Positions 29,010 to 36,008 of a stretch of DNA of 64,000 nt are shown here, one piece after another. The stretch comes from Ruminococcus sp. (GTDB lineage Bacteria > Bacillota > Clostridia > Oscillospirales > Ruminococcaceae), in assembly GCA_015066805.1 (NCBI GenBank), contig SVNP01000003.1, positions 57,860 to 121,859 of the forward strand, read 5' to 3'. The first letter of the stretch is position 1, and each line of letters opens with the position of its first letter. Below the pieces are notes generated by a model. The model did not search any database. It had not been told where the DNA came from and saw nothing but the letters and a program-made list of their open reading frames with translations. The position numbers were made by a program, and so were the translations under genes.

Positions 29010-29252
29010 ATGACCAAGAGTGAAGTAATGGAGCAGCTTCTGCCGATTTTTTGCGAGGTTTTTGATGATGACGATATTGTTCTGACAGAGGAAACCACGG
29101 CTGCGGATATTGACGGCTGGGACAGTGTAGAGCATTTTAATCTGATCGCAGCGGTAGAGGAGGCGTTTTCGGTACGGTTCAAGATGAAAGAGGTATCGGG
29201 GATGAAAAATGTGGGCGAGATGGCAGAGATCATTGCCCAGAGAGCGGAATAA
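29010..29252 (+). CDS. Acyl/D-alanyl carrier protein (DltC-like)
   Basis: The protein is 80 aa, with the phosphopantetheine-attachment context DIDGWDSVEHFNLI. Confidence 0.8.
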   Translation: MTKSEVMEQLLPIFCEVFDDDDIVLTEETTAADIDGWDSVEHFNLIAAVEEAFSVRFKMKEVSGMKNVGEMAEIIAQRAE

Positions 29253-29263
29253 ACAGAAAAAAG

Positions 29264-29298
29264 CACCGCCATCCGAAAAAAGGGTGGCGGTGTTTTTG
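29264..29298 (+). terminator. Intrinsic terminator after the carrier-protein gene
   Basis: 11-bp stem CACCGCCATCC/GGGTGGCGGTG plus TTTTT. Confidence 0.75.
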
Positions 29299-29390
29299 TA
29301 TCGTCAGTGGGAGGAAGAATCCCCCACCGCTTCACTGAGATGAGCGCAATAATAAGAGGGGAGAGGTAAGCGGAGGGGGCTAAGGGGGAA

Positions 29391-29458
29391 CCCCTTCCTT
29401 ATCCTCATCCTCTCTAATATCACAACCACAGACGTTACTTGCAAATCCCAAAAAAACC
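29391..29458 (+). repeat. Intergenic repeat, copy A (about 66 bp; pyrimidine-rich head, TTACTTGCAAATCC core, A-run tail)
   Basis: CCCCTTCCTTATCCTCATCCTCTCTAATATCACAACCACAGACGTTACTTGCAAATCCCAAAAAAACC. By my hand alignment it matches copy B with 2 mismatches and 2 single-base indels. Confidence 0.8.
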
Positions 29459-29491
29459 GCTTCCGCAGGGGGGATACCCTGCAAAAGCGGC
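29450..29491 (-). terminator. Intrinsic terminator after the 29499-29924 gene
   Basis: Stem CCGCTTTTGCAGGG/CCCTGCGGAAGCGG followed by TTTTTTT on the minus strand. The T-tract is shared with repeat copy A. Confidence 0.7.
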
Positions 29492-29498
29492 TTTCTTC

Positions 29499-29924
29499 TT
29501 ATTCTGTTGCCTGTACAGGTGAGGCAGGCATGGTCAATGCCTCGTCGATGGCTGCGTATACACTGTAAAGATCCAGCACACAGGATTCCAATGCGCGGCA
29601 GATCCGGTTATCAAAACCAAAGGCATCCCGCAGAGAATTCAGGGTACGGCGCTCGTTGATATCCTCAAAGCTGTCACAGATGGCTACGGAAAACAGCTCC
29701 ATATATACCTTGCGCTTCAGCAGCTCGGGGAGCTGCGCCAGCGTATCACGGGCAGCGTTACAAGCTGCAGCATCGTAAGAAAACCCATGCACACGCATAT
29801 CCTTTGCGTATTGATCCAATACCTTAGCCTCTTCCAGATCTACAATACCGTCATCCTCAATGATCTCCGAAGCCAGTGTCAGAAAAGCCTCTGCTTCGAT
29901 GGATCCAAGCTCATGCAAAAACAT
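29499..29924 (-). CDS. Hypothetical acidic helical protein
   Basis: The 141-aa ORF has its own promoter (29988-30016) and terminator (29450-29491). No family was recognised. Confidence 0.5.
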   Translation of the reverse strand: MFLHELGSIEAEAFLTLASEIIEDDGIVDLEEAKVLDQYAKDMRVHGFSYDAAACNAARDTLAQLPELLKRKVYMELFSVAICDSFEDINERRTLNSLRDAFGFDNRICRALESCVLDLYSVYAAIDEALTMPASPVQATE

Positions 29925-29987
29925 AGCAAAACATTCCTTTCCATATCATTCGGGTCATATCCTTGGCAGATATTACCTCTCATACTC

Positions 29988-30016
29988 AGTATAGCACATC
30001 TGCGTGCAAATTGCAA
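29988..30016 (-). promoter_or_regulatory. Sigma-A-type promoter for the 29499-29924 gene
   Basis: TTGCAA-17 nt-TATACT on the minus strand. Confidence 0.5.
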
Positions 30017-30022
30017 GTGATT

Positions 30023-32092
30023 TCACAGGATCCCCACAAACTCTTCGGGAGATTTTCCTTTTTTCTCCTGTTTCAGTCCTGCCAGCATCCGCAGAATATG
30101 GGTGGCATCATTGCCTTTGACATCACCGTCACCGTCACTGTCAGCGTTGATCAGGCCCTGATGGGATACAGCAATGCTGTTATCCTCTGCCAGAAAACGG
30201 TTCAGCAGGATCACATCGTCGATTTTGACCAGACCGTCGCAGTTCACATCTCCGTTGAGGTGGAGGGGCGGTGTATGGGTTTCTTCGGTGGTGACTGTGG
30301 TTTCTGCCGGCTGCGAGTAATACAGGGTACAGGCATCGGCAGAGCCGTAGGAGCCTGCTTCTCCGTTTATGATCAGCCGGATGGTAACGGTATCACCTTC
30401 ACGGGCATCTGCTGCTGCCGATACGCTCTGCCAGTTGTTCCAGCCTGTCAGGCTGCCGCTGACGGTATCCGTTACGGTATTGTTTACGGCGATCTCCACA
30501 GTATAGGAGGAAAGAGCATCGCCCTGAAGCTGCACGGTAAAGGTATAACGGCCGTTTTGCTGTGCCTGATGCTGTGTCTGCACGCTGCTGTCACGGAAGG
30601 GGGTATCTGCATACCAGTGCAGGGCACAGCTTCCGTTTTTCACATCCTCCTGCCGTACATCAAAGTGACCGTCCGCGGTGCCGTGAAGCTCCCAGCCTTC
30701 GGGAGCATCTGTCCAGCCGTTTTGTCGGTCAAAGCCGGGGTTTACCAGCAGATTATGGGGATCCTCCGCAACTCTGTCGCCCCGTACCTCGTTAAATACG
30801 CTTAAGGATTCCAGCGGTACACCGTCTGCATCAAACAAAGCCTGATTATCTACGGCACTGCCACCGTAATATTTTCCGTCCGGATCGTATTCCTGTGAGG
30901 CTTGTGAAGCCCAGCCGGAGCCGTACTGTTCCCATTTTTGCAGATTGCTGTTGTATTCCGTACCAACGGGCAGCCATGCAGGCTCCCAGTAAAATACACC
31001 GATGCCCTTGCCGTTTTCCACGGACTGTACCGCAGTAAACACATCCCGCAGACAATCTGCCTGCCCCTGTGTACTGACTGCATAGCTGACATATTCACCC
31101 AGATCACCATCGCCCGAGATTGTGTTTGCAAACTGATCGGGGTTTTCGGTGGTGTAGATCCATGAGGTTTCCGCTACCATGACCATTTTATCATAGCTCT
31201 GCGCCACGGTATTCAGCACGGAAGAAAGGTTTTCCATGGTGCCGTGCCAGTAGGGGTAGTAGGAGGTGGCAAATACATCATAATCCGCATGGCATTGGGA
31301 AAGCATTTTGGCGTAGTATTCATAGTTGCCTGCTTTTTCGGGATTGGTAAAGTGCAGAGCCACCAGTGTATCAGCATTGAAATTGCGGACTGCCGAAGCA
31401 CCTGCATTGTACAGATCGGTAACAAGCTGCCAGCCCTCTGCACTCCAGTCATAATCGGAAAGCAGGGTGCCGCACATACCGCCTGTGGTTTCGTTGCCCA
31501 CCTGTACCATGGGGATCTCCACCCCCGTAGCTTCCAGACGGGCTAAGGTATCGGCGGTAAAATCGTAGATTGCCTGCTGCTTTTGTGCATGAGAATAGCC
31601 TTCCCATGCCTTGGGAGCTTTCTGCTTTGCGGGATCTGCCCAGAAATCCGAATAATGAAAATCCGGCATGAGCTTTAAGCCCACAGCGGCACAGCGGGCA
31701 GCAATTTCAACGGCACGCTCCACATCGCAGGCACCGCCGCCGTAGGTGGCTCCGCTCTGAGAATGGGTAGGATCGTTCCAGATGCGTACCCGTATGGTAT
31801 TGACACCGTATTCCTTCAGTGTGGCAAAAATATCCTTTGGGTTGCCCTGTGCATCACGGAACACCACACCGCTTTGCTCCAGAGAGATCACCGAGGAGAT
31901 ATCTGCGCCCTTAAAAGGTGAGCCGTCTTCAAATACGGTGCAGGCATTGTTGCTGAAGATGATCTGTGCGGCGGCATCTGCCGAAAACTCACCGGTCTGT
32001 GTGAAAGGCAGCATCCCATTGCAGGATACCGCTGCGGCACAGCCGAGTACCGCAGCCGTAAGGCGATGTCTGATAAATCTCATATGTTTCAT
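30023..32092 (-). CDS. GH53 arabinogalactan endo-beta-1,4-galactanase with C-terminal binding-module-like region and dockerin
   Basis: GH53 blocks are present: VRVRIWNDP, DFHYSDFWADPAKQKAPKAW, VQVGNETTGG. The dockerin reads GDVNCDGLVKIDDVILLNRFLAED...NADSDGDGDVKGNDATHILRMLAG. Confidence 0.85.
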   Translation of the reverse strand: MKHMRFIRHRLTAAVLGCAAAVSCNGMLPFTQTGEFSADAAAQIIFSNNACTVFEDGSPFKGADISSVISLEQSGVVFRDAQGNPKDIFATLKEYGVNTIRVRIWNDPTHSQSGATYGGGACDVERAVEIAARCAAVGLKLMPDFHYSDFWADPAKQKAPKAWEGYSHAQKQQAIYDFTADTLARLEATGVEIPMVQVGNETTGGMCGTLLSDYDWSAEGWQLVTDLYNAGASAVRNFNADTLVALHFTNPEKAGNYEYYAKMLSQCHADYDVFATSYYPYWHGTMENLSSVLNTVAQSYDKMVMVAETSWIYTTENPDQFANTISGDGDLGEYVSYAVSTQGQADCLRDVFTAVQSVENGKGIGVFYWEPAWLPVGTEYNSNLQKWEQYGSGWASQASQEYDPDGKYYGGSAVDNQALFDADGVPLESLSVFNEVRGDRVAEDPHNLLVNPGFDRQNGWTDAPEGWELHGTADGHFDVRQEDVKNGSCALHWYADTPFRDSSVQTQHQAQQNGRYTFTVQLQGDALSSYTVEIAVNNTVTDTVSGSLTGWNNWQSVSAAADAREGDTVTIRLIINGEAGSYGSADACTLYYSQPAETTVTTEETHTPPLHLNGDVNCDGLVKIDDVILLNRFLAEDNSIAVSHQGLINADSDGDGDVKGNDATHILRMLAGLKQEKKGKSPEEFVGIL

Positions 32093-32137
32093 ACCCCTGT
32101 TTCTATGTTTCTTTTGCGGCATAAAGCCACTATGTTT

Positions 32138-32167
32138 ACTATACCACATCCTTCCTGTATTTTTCAA
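32138..32167 (-). promoter_or_regulatory. Sigma-A-type promoter for the GH53 galactanase gene
   Basis: TTGAAA-18 nt-TATAGT on the minus strand. Confidence 0.5.
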
Positions 32168-32206
32168 GGTATTATTGTATGCAATTACTGTCTTATCGTC
32201 GCTTGT

Positions 32207-32551
32207 TCAGCGGAAATCCTCCTTTTTCAGTCCCGAAAAAGCCTTTTGCAGCCTTCTGCGTGCCCGTTTGATGGTGCGGGATACGGTGGATTCTGTGACA
32301 CCATAGCGTCCGGCAATGGCTTTCATGGTAAGATGCTCCAGGTAATATGCCGTAAAATAGGCCTGCTGTGCAGCAGTCAGCTCCCGTTGTATGGCATGAT
32401 GCAGCAGCATCAGCAGATGTTTGCGCTTGGCATGATTATCCTTGCAGGTACTGTACCCGAAGGCGTTTTCTGCTTGTTCGGTGCAAAGTGCAATATAACC
32501 GGAATCATACTCCTGCACCTGACGTGAAGAAGATGCTTTGCCCTGCTTCAT
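32207..32551 (-). CDS. Small sigma-70 region-4-only HTH protein
   Basis: The sequence LTAAQQAYFTAYYLEHLTMKAIAGRYGVTESTVSRTIKRARRRLQKA matches a region 4.2 HTH. No region 2 is present. Confidence 0.65.
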   Translation of the reverse strand: MKQGKASSSRQVQEYDSGYIALCTEQAENAFGYSTCKDNHAKRKHLLMLLHHAIQRELTAAQQAYFTAYYLEHLTMKAIAGRYGVTESTVSRTIKRARRRLQKAFSGLKKEDFR

Positions 32552-32832
32552 TGGCAGCTCTCCTGCTTGCGTGCATATGCGGAGATCCGCCGCAGATCAT
32601 CGCAAAGCTCATAGTATTCATCGGTCAGCAGATCAATCCGCTGCTCCATGCGCTTTTGCTCCAGGGCGGATTCCCTTGTACCTGCCATATGGCAGCGGCA
32701 ATTCTTCAACTGATTTTTCAGGGCTGCACGCTTGGTCAGTACCTCCTGTATGGATGCCCGGTAGCATTGTTCCATACGGATATAGCAATCGGCAGCAGGG
32801 CTTAAGGCTTGTGTCATCTGATGCATTTCCAT
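32548..32832 (-). CDS. Hypothetical 94-aa coiled-coil protein, translationally coupled to the sigma-like gene
   Basis: It has a GGAGG RBS, and its stop overlaps the downstream start (ATGA). Confidence 0.5.
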   Translation of the reverse strand: MEMHQMTQALSPAADCYIRMEQCYRASIQEVLTKRAALKNQLKNCRCHMAGTRESALEQKRMEQRIDLLTDEYYELCDDLRRISAYARKQESCQ

Positions 32833-32900
32833 TCCTCCTTTGATAGTGGCGGCGAAGGCTGAATGATGTGGGGCTTGTACATCATAGGTGCGCTATGCAC

Positions 32901-32916
32901 AAGAACAAATGTTCTT
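32901..32916. promoter_or_regulatory. LexA (Cheo/SOS) box-like palindrome overlapping the predicted transcription start
   Basis: AAGAACAAATGTTCTT contains a perfect GAAC-N4-GTTC core. A second 12-bp palindrome, CTTAATATTAAG, abuts it at 32914-32925. Confidence 0.5.
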
Positions 32917-32923
32917 AATATTA

Positions 32924-32952
32924 AGTGTACCAGAGAAAACGGAAAAAGTCAA
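32924..32952 (-). promoter_or_regulatory. Sigma-A-type promoter for the 94-aa/sigma-like operon
   Basis: TTGACT-17 nt-TACACT on the minus strand. Confidence 0.5.
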
Positions 32953-33127
32953 TGGGTAGTATGAGGCATTTTTGGTACATGGGGTGATGCTGCGGATTTA
33001 TGAGAAATCCGGTAAGCCGCAGCGTGCAAGGGGGAACCACAAGGCGAAGGGAAGGGCGCAAATTCCCTCCGACTTCGTCTGCGGGTTTTGCTTATCTCCC
33101 CTTCTCCTTGAGTTTCCCCCTTCCGAT

Positions 33128-33193
33128 CCCCTTCCTTATCCTCATCCTCTCTAAATCACACCCACAGAGGTTACTTGCAAATCCAAAAAAACC
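33128..33193 (+). repeat. Intergenic repeat, copy B
   Basis: CCCCTTCCTTATCCTCATCCTCTCTAAATCACACCCACAGAGGTTACTTGCAAATCCAAAAAAACC, in direct orientation relative to copy A. Confidence 0.8.
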
Positions 33194-33197
33194 ACCC

Positions 33198-33226
33198 TTG
33201 ACAAAGCCGCAAATTCTTTGTATAAT
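33198..33226 (+). promoter_or_regulatory. Sigma-A-type promoter for the chrA pair
   Basis: TTGACA-17 nt-TATAAT, immediately after repeat copy B. Confidence 0.6.
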
Positions 33227-33280
33227 AATTCACGGTCACCCAAAAACCCATCACCCTATGCTATGAAAAGAGGTCCGCTT

Positions 33281-33862
33281 ATGAGTGCTTTACCCAAAAC
33301 CGATTCCTACGGCAAACGGCTGTGGGGATTATTTTCTTCCTTTTTCCGTATCGGCGCCTTCACCTTTGGCGGCGGTTATGCCATGATTCCTCTCATCCAG
33401 AAGGAAGTAGTGGAAAACAAAAAATGGATCACCGATCAGGACATTCTGGATATCGTGGCCATTGCCGAATCCACCCCCGGTCCCATTGCCATCAATACCG
33501 CAACCTTTGTAGGCTACCGTGTGGCAGGTGTTCTCGGCTCTGCTATGGCGACCTTCGGCGTGGTGCTGCCTTCTTTTCTGATCATCACCCTGATCTCCTA
33601 TGTGCTGAATGAATTCCAGTCCCTGAAGGCCGTGCAGTATGCCTTTTTCGGCATCCGTGCCGGTGTATTGGCTCTGATCCTGAAGGCATGGTGGTCTATG
33701 TATAAGCAATGCCCCAAAAAGATCCTTTCCTACTGTATTGCGGCAGGTGCGCTGATCGCTGCGGCATTTCTGGATATCAATGTACTGTTTGTGATCATCG
33801 GCTGTGCCGTTACGGGGCTGATTGCTTCGCTGCTCCATGGAAAGAGAGGTGCTGCAAAATGA
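33281..33862 (+). CDS. chrA: Chromate-transporter (CHR) family protein, first half-size subunit
   Basis: The CHR signature FRIGAFTFGGGYAMIPLIQ and the block ESTPGPIAIN are present. ATG 33281 lies after an AAAGAGG RBS. Confidence 0.8.
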   Translation: MSALPKTDSYGKRLWGLFSSFFRIGAFTFGGGYAMIPLIQKEVVENKKWITDQDILDIVAIAESTPGPIAINTATFVGYRVAGVLGSAMATFGVVLPSFLIITLISYVLNEFQSLKAVQYAFFGIRAGVLALILKAWWSMYKQCPKKILSYCIAAGALIAAAFLDINVLFVIIGCAVTGLIASLLHGKRGAAK

Positions 33863-34425
33863 TCTACCTGAAGCTGTTTTTCACCTTTTTCAAGATCGGT
33901 CTGTTTACCTTTGGCGGCGGCTATGCCATGCTGCCGCTCATTCAGGCAGAGGTTGCAAACCATGGCTGGCTGACTCAGGAGCAGCTCATCAACTTTGTGG
34001 CTGTCAGTGAAAGCACCCCCGGACCCTTTGCCATCAATATCTCCACCTATGTGGGCAACCAGATGGGCGGTATTCTTGGCGGAGTATGCGCTACACTGGG
34101 CGTTGTAATGCCCTCGATTATCATTATCCTGATCGTGGCACAGATCTTTGACCGCTTCAAAAACAGCAGGATCATGCAGGGCTGTATGGCAGGCCTGAAG
34201 CCTGCTGTCATCGGACTCATCGGTTCTGCCATGCTCTCTATGGTGCAGACAGTGTTCTTTACACAGGGTGTCAGTCTCTCCGTGCTGAAGACCCCTGCCT
34301 TCTATGTATCGCTGGCGTTGTTTGGTGTGATGTCCGTTCTGGCACTGAAAAAAGTGCATCCCATCATCATTATCTGCATCTCGGCAGTGGTGGGTATTGC
34401 GGCAGGCTATGGGCTGGGCTTGTAA
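33859..34425 (+). CDS. chrA: Chromate-transporter (CHR) family protein, second half-size subunit
   Basis: The blocks FKIGLFTFGGGYAMLPLIQ and ESTPGPFAIN are present. An ATGA overlap joins it to the first half. Confidence 0.8.
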   Translation: MIYLKLFFTFFKIGLFTFGGGYAMLPLIQAEVANHGWLTQEQLINFVAVSESTPGPFAINISTYVGNQMGGILGGVCATLGVVMPSIIIILIVAQIFDRFKNSRIMQGCMAGLKPAVIGLIGSAMLSMVQTVFFTQGVSLSVLKTPAFYVSLALFGVMSVLALKKVHPIIIICISAVVGIAAGYGLGL

Positions 34426-34474
34426 GTTTTTCCCAAAGAAACAGAGTCTTTCCCCCTGCTTTTGTAAATTCTTC

Positions 34475-34503
34475 TTGACAACTGCATCTATTTTTGGTAT
34501 AAT
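34475..34503 (+). promoter_or_regulatory. Sigma-A-type promoter for pspA
   Basis: TTGACA-17 nt-TATAAT. Confidence 0.65.
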
Positions 34504-34564
34504 ACAAGAGTAGGCGGAAATTTCTGCCCGTACGGTTCAAAATGATTATCAGGAGGCTACTACA

Positions 34565-35299
34565 ATGGGTATTTTTTCCAGAATCAGCGATATTCTCAAG
34601 GCAAACATCAACGACCTGCTGGATAAGGCAGAGGATCCCGAGAAGCTCGTAAAGCAGATCATCAACGATATGCAGAAGGAGCTGACCAAGTCCACACAGG
34701 CTCTGGGCAAGGCTGTTGCCAGTGAGCGTATGGTGGAAAAGCAGTACCGTAATGCCTGTGCCATCTCCGCAAGCTGGGAGAACCGCGCAAAGGCTGCTCT
34801 GAAGGCAGGCGATACCGAGCTGGCAAAGAAGGCTCTGGCAAGCAAGGTAAAGGCCGATGAGGATGTCGCCAACTATCGTGAAATGTATGAGACCATCTCC
34901 AACCAGACCGAGGCGATCCGCAATCAGGTGGAAGTGCTGAAGGCTAAGATGCAGGAGGCTAAGAGCCGTGAGGCTATGCTGATCGCCCGTTCCCAGATGG
35001 CCGATACCACCAAGGAGCTGGCACAGAGCCTGGGCGGTATTGATACCAACAGCGGCTTTGATAAGCTGGCTAAGATGGAAGAAAAGATCGAGCGCAAGGA
35101 GGCTGAGGCTTCCGCATTTGCCGAGATCGCAGGCGCAGGCAAGCCCGAAGAGGTTGCTACCTTTGAGGAGCTGGAGCGCAATGCCAAGGTGGATACCGAG
35201 CTGGAGCGTCTGATGGCTGAGATGGGCATGGCTCCCGCAGCCGCACCCGTGGAGGACATCGCAGGGGATGTGACCGCCACCGAGTTGCCCACTGTCTGA
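34565..35299 (+). CDS. pspA: PspA/IM30-family membrane-stress protein
   Basis: The N-terminus is MGIFSRISDILKANINDLLDKAEDPEKL, and the rest is coiled-coil. Confidence 0.85.
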   Translation: MGIFSRISDILKANINDLLDKAEDPEKLVKQIINDMQKELTKSTQALGKAVASERMVEKQYRNACAISASWENRAKAALKAGDTELAKKALASKVKADEDVANYREMYETISNQTEAIRNQVEVLKAKMQEAKSREAMLIARSQMADTTKELAQSLGGIDTNSGFDKLAKMEEKIERKEAEASAFAEIAGAGKPEEVATFEELERNAKVDTELERLMAEMGMAPAAAPVEDIAGDVTATELPTV

Positions 35300-35327
35300 T
35301 GGGATATCAATTGTAAAACAATGTGAG

Positions 35328-35364
35328 AACAGCGGCTTCTGTTACGGGGGCCGCTGTTTTTTTG
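35328..35364 (+). terminator. Intrinsic terminator after pspA
   Basis: Stem AACAGCGGC/GCCGCTGTT plus TTTTTT. Confidence 0.75.
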
Positions 35365-35383
35365 CATCCGCATACCCTGCGCC

Positions 35384-35412
35384 TTGACATTTTTCGCAGG
35401 ATATGGTATCAT
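35384..35412 (+). promoter_or_regulatory. Sigma-A-type promoter driving the cobalamin riboswitch operon
   Basis: TTGACA-17 nt-TATCAT. Confidence 0.6.
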
Positions 35413-35429
35413 AATAACCGTAAATCTGA

Positions 35430-35615
35430 AGATGCAGCGCGGAATGAGGGAAGTTCGGTGAAAATCCGTCGCAACCGCCATTACCGTGAAAGTCGGAATA
35501 CTCGCCGCTGCTGTCGGGAACGGGCATTTCCATCGGAGATGTTCACACTTTTGGGTATGAAAAGTGCAGCCCTTTTACATTCCTTCAAGGGGGTAGTATG
35601 CACGTTTGCCCCTTT
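35430..35615 (+). promoter_or_regulatory. Cobalamin (B12) riboswitch, compact form, plus putative expression platform
   Basis: The conserved core is GAGGGAAGTTCGGTGAAAATCCGTCGCAACCGCCATTACCGTGAA. The B12-box-like sequence AGTCGGAATACTCGCC lies at 35491-35506. P1 pairs GCAGCG(C)GG (35434-35442) with CCGCTGC (35505-35511). A weak hairpin AAGGGG/CCCCTT lies at 35587-35613. Confidence 0.8.
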
Positions 35616-35684
35616 TCCGGAAATGTATCAGTTGCTGCGCTTTTTGTTGGCTGCCTGCCGCTGCCGACAGAAGGCGCTTTTTTG

Positions 35685-36008
35685 ATGAAAGGACGGTGTG
35701 ATACGGCTATGGCAAATCAGGCAAAACGGGCGGAAGCCATCCTGCTGCTGCAGCAGATGCAGAGGACGCTCACTGACGCAGGAGAAGACCGCTACCCCAG
35801 GCGGAGCGATTTCCCGCAGGAACAGGCAGCGGCCATCAAGGCGCAGCTTGGCCCTTGGCCCAGAGCCTTGGAAGCCGCAGGGCTGAAGCCTGAAAGAACC
35901 GACACCCGTCATCGGAAAACCATGAAAAAACGCCTGCAGACCAAGGCAGAAAATCATGGGGATGCAGAAAATGCTCCCACAACAGAAAACGGAGGAAATG
36001 AATCATGA
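35685..36008 (+). CDS. Small basic protein with a single homing-endonuclease-associated-repeat-like motif; first ORF after the B12 riboswitch
   Basis: The motif is RYPRRSDFPQEQAAAIKAQLGPWPRALEAAGL. The start is uncertain (ATG 35685 or 35709). Confidence 0.45.
   Translation: MKGRCDTAMANQAKRAEAILLLQQMQRTLTDAGEDRYPRRSDFPQEQAAAIKAQLGPWPRALEAAGLKPERTDTRHRKTMKKRLQTKAENHGDAENAPTTENGGNES

Noticed and set aside
33000-33266. 88-aa ORF across the purine/pyrimidine repeat region
   Set aside because: Its translation is a by-product of the pyrimidine tract (PFSLSFPLPIPFLILIL). It also runs through the chrA promoter.
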